Virus record (IMG/VR): IMGVR_UViG_3300033153_007262
Location: 5,407 to 69,406 of that record
From: a virus
Strand: one strand, 5' to 3'
DNA length: 64,000 nt
Shown: positions 9,790-19,700 of the stretch, piece after piece
Layout of the letters: every line of letters begins with the position of its first letter
How positions within the stretch are numbered: the stretch's first letter is position 1
Translations under genes and position numbers: made by a program
Notes under the pieces: model-generated
Databases searched by the model: none
What the model was told of the DNA's origin: nothing
Seen by the model: the letters and a program-made list of their open reading frames with translations, nothing else

Positions 9790-11319
9790 ATGCAAATAGC
9801 ATTATTAAGGATTGGTGGTGTCGGCGACACGTTAATATTAACGGCGTTAGCCGTGGCAGTTAAAAGAAAGTTCCCGGAGAGCCATATCACGGCGTTCGTC
9901 CGGGGGAGTACGGAGTTGATTACTGACCACCCGGACGTTGACCGGGTTATTCAGATTGGGAACGGGCGGTGGGAAGTTGTTCTTGATAAGATTTTGGAAA
10001 AACCGTTCGATATGGTCTTTGACAATCGGTATGTAACAAAAGTTTATTGCCAAACAGAAGAGGCGAAGGCGTTTCAGCCGGAGTTTGACAAAGCGTTTAT
10101 TGATTTTCAGAAGGTATACGACGGGTGGATAGAATCGTGTAATATCCTCCCGGAATATAAGATGTCATCGTATGATATTATGTTTAAGAGTTGCGGGTTG
10201 CCCGGGGATATCGACGAAGATTTATTCATAAAGTTGGATTGGCGGGACTTCGACAAAACAAAATTGTTAGACGGCGAGAAATATGTAACGATTCACAACG
10301 GCGCTGATGTGGCCCGGCAAACGAAGTGTTGGTTGACAGAATATTGGAACGCAGTGGTCTCTGTTTTGAATGAACGGAAATACAAAGTCATTCAGTTGGG
10401 GCAAATCCACGAGCCGAAGGTTGATGGCGTGTTAGATATGCGTGGACGCACGACTTTGAAAGAAGCGTCCGCCCTGATTACGAAAGCGCAGTTCCACATC
10501 GGGAACGAGGGCGGGTTAATTCATCTCGCAAAGGCAGTCAAGACCCGTTCTATCGTTATGTTTGGCCCCACGCCGAGGATTACGTTTGAGTACGCCGAGA
10601 ATATAAGCATTGAGACGCCTAAAAAATGTAAAGGGTGTTGGTGGCGCACACAGGATTGGTGGAGGGCGTGTCCAGAAAGATTTGCGTTGCCGGTTCCGTG
10701 TATGAAAGAAATTACACCTCAAATGGTTATCGACGCCGTGTATGAAATCGAAAAGTTGCCCCAATTGGAAAAAACTCATACAAGCGACGTTGATTTATCA
10801 GATGAGAATGAACAATTTGCCGTTGAGTTGGCGTTAACCGAAGAGCATTACAGGGGGGAGCCACATCAATGGGACAGGATTTATGCAATGATGTCTTTGT
10901 GCAAAGGAAAAAAGGTGTTGGAAGTTGGAGCCGGCGACGGTTACTGCGTGCAAGTGTTACGGAATCAGGGATTCGACGTGTCGGCGGTGGACGTTTCCAA
11001 AATCCGTCTTGCCCGTATGAAAGACAAAGGTATCAATGCCCTTTACGGCGATGTGAACGACCTTCCCTTCGAGGACGGCGAGTTCGATACAGTAATTTGT
11101 GGCGAGGTCTTAGAGCATATCGAGAGTATCGGAAACGGATTCAAGGAATTGGAAAGAGTCTGTCACAAAAATGGGCGCATTGTCATCTCGTTGCCGGTTG
11201 CCCCGGTCTACAAAGAGATAGAGATGCACAAATGGGGAATCGATTTGAACGTAATCAACAAAGACGACCGCCCCGAGTTCGCCGTGTTAACTTTTGAGAG
11301 GTTGAAGCGTGATAAATGA
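9790..11319 (+). CDS. GT9 (heptosyltransferase-like) glycosyltransferase fused to class I SAM methyltransferase
   Basis: RIGGVGD...; IGNEGGLIHLAKAV...MFGPT (GT9); VLEVGAGDG, DLPFEDGEFD.V.C.EVLEH (MTase). Confidence 0.85.
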   Translation: MQIALLRIGGVGDTLILTALAVAVKRKFPESHITAFVRGSTELITDHPDVDRVIQIGNGRWEVVLDKILEKPFDMVFDNRYVTKVYCQTEEAKAFQPEFDKAFIDFQKVYDGWIESCNILPEYKMSSYDIMFKSCGLPGDIDEDLFIKLDWRDFDKTKLLDGEKYVTIHNGADVARQTKCWLTEYWNAVVSVLNERKYKVIQLGQIHEPKVDGVLDMRGRTTLKEASALITKAQFHIGNEGGLIHLAKAVKTRSIVMFGPTPRITFEYAENISIETPKKCKGCWWRTQDWWRACPERFALPVPCMKEITPQMVIDAVYEIEKLPQLEKTHTSDVDLSDENEQFAVELALTEEHYRGEPHQWDRIYAMMSLCKGKKVLEVGAGDGYCVQVLRNQGFDVSAVDVSKIRLARMKDKGINALYGDVNDLPFEDGEFDTVICGEVLEHIESIGNGFKELERVCHKNGRIVISLPVAPVYKEIEMHKWGIDLNVINKDDRPEFAVLTFERLKRDK

Positions 11320-11524
11320 GAATGGAATCCCAATTTTGATTTTAAGAATGCCGTCGCACATCGAGATATTAAGTCTGTGGCTTGATGTACCGGCGACAGG
11401 CAAGCCAATCATAAATCTTATGTACGAGGAGTACGGTAACATTAGAATAAAAGATATCGACCCGGGCGTTCTGACACGCCCCGGAGGAGATGGCGAATCG
11501 CCGGGGGCAAATTCGAGAATATGA
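11309..11524 (+). CDS. hypothetical protein
   Basis: GAGG RBS, GTG start, overlaps neighbouring genes at both ends. Confidence 0.5.
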   Translation: MINENGIPILILRMPSHIEILSLWLDVPATGKPIINLMYEEYGNIRIKDIDPGVLTRPGGDGESPGANSRI

Positions 11525-12192
11525 TGGAAAGAAAATCAGATGGAATCGATATCGTTATCGTTAACCATAACGGGCAAGAAACATTGTCCAAATGCCTCGA
11601 GGGAATTTTCTGTAGCACGACAGGGAAAGTAAATATCATCGTTGTCGACCAAGCGTCAACGGACGGCTCGAGGGAATACCTTAAAAAGAAAAGGATATCC
11701 CACCTCATATTGAATTCTTACGATACGGGAACGGCAGACGGTAAGAATCAGGGGATTATCGTTGGACGGCACGAATGGATTTGTCTTTTGAACCCGGCAG
11801 TGAGAATTACTGACCCGTTGTGGTTAGATAAAATGTGGGATTGGACATTCGAGAACGGTATTGGGATTGTCGAGGGGCTTGTTGAGACTTCCGGCCTCAC
11901 CGTTTATGCCGGGCTTGAATTCTGTTTGATTAGCCGGCGCTGTTTAACGGAGGTTGGATTATTTGACCGGCATTTAGGAAGCGGTGGGGCGTCCGCCGAC
12001 CTTTTAGCACGGATAGAATGGGCCGGTTATAAAACTTCGTACTGCCCGGACGTTAAATCTAAATATTTATTGAGAGAGAAAGTGGCAGTCCCGATTGATT
12101 GGTTCAAAAAATATGATTTGGTGAAGGAAAAGTTCACAAGAAATATAACGAGGCGATTAAGATATAATTTGAAAGTGAACAAGGGGGCGTAA
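11521..12192 (+). CDS. GT2 family glycosyltransferase
   Basis: IDIVIVNHN, IIVVDQASTDGS, EVGLFD motifs. Confidence 0.85.
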   Translation: MMERKSDGIDIVIVNHNGQETLSKCLEGIFCSTTGKVNIIVVDQASTDGSREYLKKKRISHLILNSYDTGTADGKNQGIIVGRHEWICLLNPAVRITDPLWLDKMWDWTFENGIGIVEGLVETSGLTVYAGLEFCLISRRCLTEVGLFDRHLGSGGASADLLARIEWAGYKTSYCPDVKSKYLLREKVAVPIDWFKKYDLVKEKFTRNITRRLRYNLKVNKGA

Positions 12193-12194
12193 TA

Positions 12195-12335
12195 ATGTTT
12201 ACAGAAATCGTTGGATGCAGTGAGCAAGTTACGATGGGGATAGTCCCGGCAACGGTGCCGGCGACATCGGTTCAACTCTTATATGTGACGCCGAGCATCG
12301 ATACAATACACGTCGACATAGAAGTGGAGGGTTAA
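12195..12335 (+). CDS. small hypothetical protein (46 aa, not in ORF track)
   Basis: AAGGGGG RBS; MFTEIVGCSEQVT...DIEVEG fills the gap exactly. Confidence 0.5.
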   Translation: MFTEIVGCSEQVTMGIVPATVPATSVQLLYVTPSIDTIHVDIEVEG

Positions 12336-12336
12336 A

Positions 12337-12651
12337 ATGCAAATTGTCAGAGGAAATTATGGGTATGATATTAATTTCACAGCCCGGGATAAAAATGACA
12401 CCGCCGTTGATTTAACGGGAGTGGTAAAAGTCATTTTTAACATTGCCGATATACAAAATAACAGAAATTTGTTATCGGAGGAGTGCGCCGAGGTAGATTA
12501 TTCAATCGGCGAGGTCAAATATACCGTCCAATCCGAAGAAGTTTTGATGAAAGCCGGCGTGTATATCGGTTCTTTGCAGTTACAATATTCTGATAAAGTA
12601 ATTGACACTAAGGAATTCTATGTAACGGTAAAAGAAAAATTAAGTATATAA
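12337..12651 (+). CDS. BppU-like Ig-fold virion protein
   Basis: GGAGG RBS; I.RG...DINFT..D....VDLTG...GEVKY....G.Y.G.LQ pattern. Confidence 0.55.
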   Translation: MQIVRGNYGYDINFTARDKNDTAVDLTGVVKVIFNIADIQNNRNLLSEECAEVDYSIGEVKYTVQSEEVLMKAGVYIGSLQLQYSDKVIDTKEFYVTVKEKLSI

Positions 12652-12654
12652 ACC

Positions 12655-12683
12655 TTGTAGAAGAAAACAGGGCGTGGTATAGT
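12655..12683 (+). promoter_or_regulatory. sigma70-type promoter
   Basis: TTGTAG-17 nt-TATAGT with extended TG. Confidence 0.55.
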
Positions 12684-12729
12684 TTTTGTGTGGGTTCTAT
12701 ATGGGCGTCCAGAAAAGGGAGGTAGTACT

Positions 12730-13191
12730 ATGAAATCAGCAGAACTTACGAAAGTAAAAGGGTTTGCTAGAATGCAAATCACCGACCCTAAGACGGGTAA
12801 AATCGTTGGAGACAGCGGTTGGAGAAAGAACACCGTTGTTAATCTTGGTTTCCAAGATTACATCGTTGGTTCTATCGGCGCTATTGCAGGTAGCAAACAA
12901 GTATCTCATATGGCAATCGGAACCGGCACAGCGCCGGGTGTCGCAGACACATCCCTTGCCGGTGAAACAGGCGTTCGTGTTACAACAACGAATTCCGCAA
13001 TTTCTTCAAAGACGTTACAAGCCACGGCTCAGTTTGCCGGTAGTGATATGGCTTCAACTTGTACCATTCAGAATGTTGCGTTGGTGAATACGTCAAGCGG
13101 TGGGACTGTCTTGGCCGGAACAACTTATGCGACTTCGCAATGGGCGAGTAACCAGAACGTCAATGCGACTTATCAATTGAGGTTCAGTTGA
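12730..13191 (+). CDS. virion fibre-attachment/collar-like protein
   Basis: GGAGG RBS before ATG 12730; NTVVNLG...MAIGTG...DTSLAGE motif typical of fibre N-terminal adaptor domains. Confidence 0.55.
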   Translation: MKSAELTKVKGFARMQITDPKTGKIVGDSGWRKNTVVNLGFQDYIVGSIGAIAGSKQVSHMAIGTGTAPGVADTSLAGETGVRVTTTNSAISSKTLQATAQFAGSDMASTCTIQNVALVNTSSGGTVLAGTTYATSQWASNQNVNATYQLRFS

Positions 13192-13279
13192 TAAGATTCC
13201 TTTGAAGGGCGCACAAAGAACATCCCCTCCCCGGCTAAACCCCGGGGAGGGTTAATTAGTTAAAAGGGGGACTCAAAAA

Positions 13280-13834
13280 ATGGTAAAAGAAATACGTAAG
13301 AAATTCCGCATTAAAATACCTACCTACGTTAAAACACTCCTATCAAAGAATAAAAGAGGCATCAAATTAGACTGCGGTTGCGGTCTGAATAAGCAAAAGG
13401 GCTTCATCGGTATGGACAAGCGCAAGATACCCGGCGTTGTTGACATCATACACGATATCGAAGTGTTTCCTTTTCCTTTGCCGGATAATACGTGCAGTGT
13501 TATTTTGATGAGCCACGTCATCGAGCATATAAAACCGTGGTTGATGATTGATTTAATGAATGAGTTGTGGCGGGTTATGGAACCGGGCGGACAGTTATGG
13601 TTAGCCTTTCCTTACGCCGGCTCTTTTGGGTTTTGGCAAGACCCGACGCATTGCAACGGCTGTAATCAAGCGACGTTTACTTATTTCGACCCCAAGCATC
13701 CATTATACCAAGTCTACAAACCTCTGCCGTGGGATTTGAAACAAAACACGTGGTCGGAGACTGGTAATATGGAAGTTATTCTCGAGAAAGTTCTCGAGAC
13801 AACGCTAGAGAAGAAAAAGAAAGGGGCGAAATAA
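13280..13834 (+). CDS. class I SAM-dependent methyltransferase (type 11-like)
   Basis: KLDCGCG, PFPLPDN, SHVIEH, RVMEPGG, DPTH motifs. Confidence 0.85.
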   Translation: MVKEIRKKFRIKIPTYVKTLLSKNKRGIKLDCGCGLNKQKGFIGMDKRKIPGVVDIIHDIEVFPFPLPDNTCSVILMSHVIEHIKPWLMIDLMNELWRVMEPGGQLWLAFPYAGSFGFWQDPTHCNGCNQATFTYFDPKHPLYQVYKPLPWDLKQNTWSETGNMEVILEKVLETTLEKKKKGAK

Positions 13835-13836
13835 TT

Positions 13837-14667
13837 ATGGTCATTAAGAAAAAGAAAACTATTCAACCCGAGTTAGACGCCCCAAAAAGAGACACGTGGG
13901 CCGGGTGGCATAAAAAGGTTTGTATCGCAGTACCGACGACCGGCAACGTCCGTGTCGAATGGATGATGGCGAGGTTCGGCCAAGTCATCCCGTGCAATTG
14001 GGCCAACGGAGATATTTTTCAATCCTTCGACCAATACAGCCCGATGGGATGGGCGGTTGCCGATGCGAGAAATATTTGCATTCAGCATTCAATACAAAAC
14101 GGTTTTGAGTGGACGTTATTTATCGACCACGATGTTATTTTACCGCCGGACACGTTTCTAAAGATGAATGAATATATGCGGACGGGCAAGTACCCGGTCG
14201 TGTGTGGCTTGTATTATTGTAAGGGTTCCCACCCGGAGCCATTAATCTTTCGTGGGCGTGGCACGGGGTACTATGACAAATGGAAACGGGGCGAGAAGAT
14301 TTGGGTTGACGGAATCCCGATGGGTTGTACGTTAATTCACAATTCTATTATGAAGCCCCTCTATGATAAGTCCGAAACGTACTCGTGCAGTACACTTGGG
14401 AATCCGATTGTCGTGCGCCGGGTGTTTGAAACGCCGAGGAAAGCGTGGTACGACCCGGAGACCGCAAGTTATAATACACAAGTCGGCACCGAAGATTTAT
14501 TTTGGTGTGACCGTGTTATGAAAGAGAAAATCTTTGAGAAATGTGGCGTTGCAAAATACAAAAAGTATCAAAAAATGGAATTCCCATTTCTTTTAGACAC
14601 CTCTATTTTCTGTCAGCACATTGACCCGATGGGCCAGCAGTTCCCGGCGAACGTTGGGATTCGATAA
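13837..14667 (+). CDS. GT-A fold (GT2-like) glycosyltransferase
   Basis: IAVPT, ARN, LFIDHD (DxD), GCTLIH, EDLFWC motifs. Confidence 0.8.
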   Translation: MVIKKKKTIQPELDAPKRDTWAGWHKKVCIAVPTTGNVRVEWMMARFGQVIPCNWANGDIFQSFDQYSPMGWAVADARNICIQHSIQNGFEWTLFIDHDVILPPDTFLKMNEYMRTGKYPVVCGLYYCKGSHPEPLIFRGRGTGYYDKWKRGEKIWVDGIPMGCTLIHNSIMKPLYDKSETYSCSTLGNPIVVRRVFETPRKAWYDPETASYNTQVGTEDLFWCDRVMKEKIFEKCGVAKYKKYQKMEFPFLLDTSIFCQHIDPMGQQFPANVGIR

Positions 14668-14675
14668 AGGATATT

Positions 14676-14900
14676 ATGTCAGAGCAAGTTGAGAATTTGG
14701 ATATGAGTGTCTCGGAGAACGTAAAAACGATTGATAAATTCGGTAAAGACCGAGTTGAAAAACAGTTAAAGGGTTCTGCCGGGACACTCCACATAACATC
14801 AGAAGAAAACAAGGAAAAAGTTGTCGACCTCGCTTGGCAGTTGAGTAAGCAAACTCAACTTCCTGTTGTGGTTGTGGTTAGGGCGCCAAGAGAAGTTTAA
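14676..14900 (+). CDS. small hypothetical protein carrying one acidic repeat unit
   Basis: AGGA RBS; LDMSVSENV resembles the repeat of the giant proteins. Confidence 0.55.
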   Translation: MSEQVENLDMSVSENVKTIDKFGKDRVEKQLKGSAGTLHITSEENKEKVVDLAWQLSKQTQLPVVVVVRAPREV

Positions 14901-14910
14901 TCGAAGGCCT

Positions 14911-14939
14911 TTGACAGCAATTTATTCCTATGTTATCTT
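14911..14939 (+). promoter_or_regulatory. strong sigma70-type promoter
   Basis: TTGACA-17 nt-TATCTT with extended TG. Confidence 0.75.
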
Positions 14940-15027
14940 TAATATAGACACTATTTAAGAGACGGCAGAAAGGCGACGGCGGTAATCTATACGATATCGC
15001 TAAGAAGCCCCGTAAGACTTCTCGAAT

Positions 15028-15066
15028 GGTTTACTAATTTTTAACAAAATCGGTAAACCTTTTTTT
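15028..15066 (+). terminator. intrinsic terminator 1 in leader
   Basis: GGTTTAC...GTAAACC stem followed by 7 T. Confidence 0.7.
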
Positions 15067-15073
15067 ATTTATG

Positions 15074-15128
15074 GCCCCGTGCGACAGGTTCCAGAGTCCC
15101 TCTGCCCTGTTCGGCTTCGGCCCGGGGC
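15074..15128 (+). ncRNA. candidate structured RNA (three-way junction), unassigned
   Basis: GCCCCG/CGGGGC closing stem; ACAGG-CAGAG/CTCTG-CCTGT arm; GGC-TTCG-GCC tetraloop arm. Confidence 0.45.
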
Positions 15129-15138
15129 TTTAGATATC

Positions 15139-15173
15139 ACCCCGCCGGGGTTGGTTTACCGGCGGGGTTTTTT
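15139..15173 (+). terminator. intrinsic terminator 2 in leader
   Basis: ACCCCGCCGG/CCGGCGGGGT 10-bp stem followed by T tract. Confidence 0.75.
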
Positions 15174-15203
15174 ATTAAGCCCGGCACAAGAAGGAGAAAG
15201 AAA

Positions 15204-15596
15204 ATGAAAAAGGGATTTATGTTGTTAGTAATTTGTCTATCTGTTCTTTGTCTGTTCGGCTGTCAGCCGAAAGAGGCAGAGGCAAGAGATAGTCGTCCAT
15301 ACCGTGACCCGTGTGAAACATTTCTTGGAAGTGTTTTGAACGATTGCGTTGAACATCCGGCTGATAAAAAGGCTCGGGTTGAAGCGGGTGTTGGATTTGA
15401 TGTGCCTTTATGGAAGACAGAGAAATTAATTGTCGACCAAGAGACTAAGTTCGATTTGAATAGCGGAAATGGAACGTGGACTAAAAGTAATCTGTCAACG
15501 TACACAGTTTTCAAGCCTCAGTTAGATGAGGGTATCTTTCAGACTGCTTGGCGAAAGATAAAAGACTGGTATCCGTTCAAAAAAGACGTTGAATAA
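15204..15596 (+). CDS. putative lipoprotein or exported protein
   Basis: AAGGAG RBS; MKK + hydrophobic stretch + LFGC lipobox-like site; GC hairpin downstream (15607-15630). Confidence 0.6.
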   Translation: MKKGFMLLVICLSVLCLFGCQPKEAEARDSRPYRDPCETFLGSVLNDCVEHPADKKARVEAGVGFDVPLWKTEKLIVDQETKFDLNSGNGTWTKSNLSTYTVFKPQLDEGIFQTAWRKIKDWYPFKKDVE

Positions 15597-15649
15597 ATAC
15601 TGAATAGAGGGGCGGTTAATCCCGCCCCTCACCATAAGGAGGGGAAGCA

Positions 15650-16114
15650 ATGAAATATTTAAGAGTTGAAATTAAGCGTGAAGAAAACCCGGGTGGAGGG
15701 ACTCATTATGTTTACCCGTCAGAATACGATGCCCAAAAAGTTAAGTTTGGCCCAAGTTATGAAACCTTTAATCCTAAAAAGATGGCGTCGGTAAAGGCTC
15801 GCACGAATAAAGTTGAATATTGTATTATCGCTGTTGATGACGCCGATGCAGGTACTTTTTTAGAAAGCGATAGCATCGTTGCGATTACCGAAGCGACTTT
15901 TGTCGCAGAGGGTGACGATAATACGGGTGAGACCTCGGATATTATTGAGGATGAAGAAGCGGTTTTGAAAGTTTTGGACAAGGTTGTCAAAGGTCTACCG
16001 ATTACACCGGCGGATTTGAATGTTATTGACGGCGCAAAACCCGGTCGTGGTGTGCGTAGAGGTAAAAAATTCAACGAGCATTGGCAAAATAGGAAAACAG
16101 AATTGGGGCTGTAA
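15650..16114 (+). CDS. hypothetical protein
   Basis: AAGGAGG RBS; 154-aa ORF. Confidence 0.7.
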   Translation: MKYLRVEIKREENPGGGTHYVYPSEYDAQKVKFGPSYETFNPKKMASVKARTNKVEYCIIAVDDADAGTFLESDSIVAITEATFVAEGDDNTGETSDIIEDEEAVLKVLDKVVKGLPITPADLNVIDGAKPGRGVRRGKKFNEHWQNRKTELGL

Positions 16115-16768
16115 ATGAAAAAGGTTTTTATTGGTATCCCAAACACCGGGACTGTCGTAATCGGATTAGCCGAGGTAATTTGTCATTGGGTTGCACGGCG
16201 AGAGGTTGCGGTTATCCCATATTTTAGTCGGTACAGCAAACCGATGATGTTTAATCGAAATCATATCGTAAATCAATTTTTGAAAACTGATGCCGAGTAT
16301 CTTTTATGGATAGATGATGACGTCGTGCCTCCCCCTCAAGCATTGACGCAGTTATTATCACACGAAGTCGACGCAGTCTCAACGATGTGCTTTTGTACCC
16401 GCCCTGACAAGGGCGTTTTGTTTCCATACCCGGTAACGATGAAGGATGCGCCGAACGGTGAGTTTACTATTTACTATCCTGAAAAAGACCTCGAGGAAAT
16501 TGACGCTTGCGGTGGAGGGTGTATCTTAGTCCACCGGCGTGTGTACGAGCATCCAGAAATGAAAGCGCCGTATCAACATCAAATGAAAGAAGATGGCGAG
16601 ATGGGTATGACGTGCGATTTTAATGTTTGGCGCCGGGCAAAGAAGTTAGGATTTAAGTTATATGTCGACAGGAAAATTCAATGTTCTCATATCAGAGAAA
16701 TGGATTTGAAGGAATTTAATAACACGTTAATAGTTACAAGCACACAAGGACAAAGTGTAAATGGCTGA
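16115..16768 (+). CDS. GT-A fold (GT2-like) glycosyltransferase
   Basis: IGIP, NRN...FL...EYLLWIDDD, GGGCILVHR motifs; same type as 13837..14667. Confidence 0.8.
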   Translation: MKKVFIGIPNTGTVVIGLAEVICHWVARREVAVIPYFSRYSKPMMFNRNHIVNQFLKTDAEYLLWIDDDVVPPPQALTQLLSHEVDAVSTMCFCTRPDKGVLFPYPVTMKDAPNGEFTIYYPEKDLEEIDACGGGCILVHRRVYEHPEMKAPYQHQMKEDGEMGMTCDFNVWRRAKKLGFKLYVDRKIQCSHIREMDLKEFNNTLIVTSTQGQSVNG

Positions 16769-19700
16769 TTTGAATTTATATAATGTCTATGTTGCAGACG
16801 GTGGCAATAAAGTGTGGAAGTTTGACGACTTCTCGAACACTGTTGTCGACAGTCTGCCTCTTAATCATATTTCAAATGCAATCCACGATGTGCAGATGTG
16901 GAATGGCGATTTGTATATATGTAACCCGTCGTCGAATAGAATACACAAACTTGACGGATTCTCGGATACCATACTTGGCAACCTTTATGTTTATTCGATA
17001 GACGCAGACGTCTCGGGCGTCACTATGGACGAACACGGCAACCTTCTGATGGGCGGGTATGCTTCCGACAAGTTTTATAAGTGCAACGGGTTTTCTACAA
17101 CCATAACAGATAGTTTTTATGCCGGGGCCGGGCAGACACTTCTGACGGGAATGTATTGGGACGCCGGCAAGGGAGATTTGTATTCGATAAATAGAGGGAC
17201 GGTCAAAAAAGCGTTCCACCATAATGGGTTTGGGCAGTCATCGTCGGAGGAAGTTGCCTTGTCTGGTTATCCGTGGGGAATAGATTTTGACCCTCAAGGA
17301 GACTTTATTCACGGGGACGCCATATCAGGAAAAACAATGTATAAGAGGTCGGGGTTTACGACAACGATACTCGATACATTTACTATGCCGGGCGGGGTAG
17401 ACGTTAGAGGAAATACGAGTTGGTTGCCGATAGATTATGTTAACATATCTGAAGATGTTTCTTTGTACGTACACATATATGTCCCACCCCCCGGTTTTTA
17501 CTTTGAGAATATTTCTGTTTCCGAGGACGTATCCATTCTCTTTACTTTTGATTGGGCTGATGTAAATGACGAACTGTCTCTCACGGAAGATATCGAAATT
17601 TATCTTGCCCATATATTTGAAGCCATTGAGGATGTTTCAATAACGGAGACCATTTCTGCGGTTTTCATAACGGCGTTATATTCTATGGAGGCAGACGATT
17701 CGGTGTCTGTTGAAGAAAGCGTTTCGTTCTTGTCCATTGATTCGCCGGAGTTAAATATATCGGAAAGTTTATTTGTAGAGGAATCCGTATCTGTTTTGGC
17801 TTGGTTGTTTTTACACACCATAAGCGTAGACGATGCTGTGGCCGTTTCTGAAAGCGTTGCCCTCACATTATTCGCCTCCCCGGAATTAAATATTTCTGAA
17901 AACGTATCTTCCGTTGAAGATATAACTCTCTCTCCATTCTTAGCAACCCTTTATGTAAATGTAAGCGACAGCGCAACGGTCTCCGACGTTTTTGTCGGCG
18001 CAAGTTTTGTTCTTATAATAGAAGGCCCAAATGTTTCAGACAGCGTCGCCGTAGCAGAGGACGTAGATAGAATCGGGGCCATAAATGCGGTCGTCCCACC
18101 ACCGGCTGTCGGAAATTTAATTACGGCTGACTACAATGCCAAGCGTATTCGACGTGTGGACGGGTTTTCTGAAACGATATTAAATGTTAAATCATATTCA
18201 AATTATGAGCAGAGGGCGGGTGGGGTATGTTTAGACCCGGACAACGGCGATATTATTCATACGGGAATTTATACCGAGTACAAGGTTTACAGACTCCCGT
18301 GGGCAAATTCAGTACCGACAGATAGTTTTTCAGCGCCGTCAACGTACCCTATCGGCGTCGATATGGACGACTCCGGCAACGTTTTCCTCGCCACGAGGGG
18401 AACAGGGGCAAAGGGGCTGTATAAATTTAACGGGTTCTCGTCTACAATTCTCGAAACATTTCCTATGCCCGGCCCCGAGAAAAATCCAGAAGGCATCTGG
18501 TTGAATAGACCGGGGAAAGAATTCCTTTACACTTCTGATACTTCGTCAGGAAAAGTTTACAAGCATAGCGGGATAATAGGAACGATTGTCGACAGTATTA
18601 ATATCGGCTCGCTTGGTAGAAACGTCCGGCAGATTACTTTTGATGATAACGGAAATGTAATTCACGCTACCACCACAAGCACAAGAGGTTGGTATCGTAT
18701 GGACGGGTTCAGCACGACGTTAAAAGATTGTATTAGCGACCCCGGATACACGATTTATCCGGCGGGTGCTTGGTGGGAAGCCCCGTCATTCTCGGGTGTG
18801 TCTGTTGCCGAAAACTTTGATATCGAAATGGTGTACGCCTCTTGGCTTCTGTCTGGTTCTGATGACGTGACGGTCGCCGAGAGCATTGATATTCATCTTG
18901 ATAATTTATTCTTTGATATTTATGAAGCATCCGGCTTATTAATCACAGAGCATACGGACGTTATTGACCTCGTTGTCGAGGTGGGTGTCGTGGCAGAGTT
19001 TGTTTCCATTGCCGAAGGGGTAAATTTAGCAAAAGAAACCTTAGAGATAAATGTTTCTGATGAGAGTACCGCAACAGAAGATATCGAAATCCTTGACCTC
19101 GTTGTCGAGTTATTTGCCTCGGAGAATATTTTTGTTCAATCTGTTCTCGAGGGATTATCATTGCCTGTACTGAATATCGATGTGGAAGAAGAAGTCGCTG
19201 TTGAAGAAACCGGCGATGCGCTTCTCGGGATATTAAATTTTGACACGGCTGACAATATCGGTGTCGTAGAGGCGCCCGGTATAGACGCCCTAATAAGCCT
19301 ATCTGCATTTGATGAGGTGACAGCGGAAGAAAATATTCAATCTTTCATTGACATTCTTTCCGTTTCTGTATTTGAATTTTCCGGCTTGTTGATTACGGAA
19401 CACGTCGATATTGTTGACCTCGTTGTTGAGGTTGGTGTTGTTGCCGAGGCTATTCCTGTCGCAGAAGATTTCCAAATATACTTGGATGCGTGGTCGCTAG
19501 TCGCCTCAGAGAATATAGTCGCCGAGGACTACGGCAACGCCGGGTTAACGGTTCTTTTCATTAACATTTTTGATGAGATAACGGTTGTAGAGGACGCAGA
19601 GGTTGTTGATATTATCATTGAGATGCCTTTGTTTATTGAGGATATTTCTGTCCAAGACTTCGGTACGGCTTTCATTGGCGAGTACAATCTTTTAGTTTTT

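Noticed and set aside
14950-15020. SAM-I riboswitch resemblance (TAAGAG..GGCAGA...GAAGCCC)
   Set aside because: It lacks the AUC, GCAACC and P3/P4 elements.
15074-15132. tRNA-like element (GCCCCG...CGGGGC with TTCG arm)
   Set aside because: No D arm, no 7-nt anticodon or T loop and no CCA; kept only as an unassigned structured RNA.
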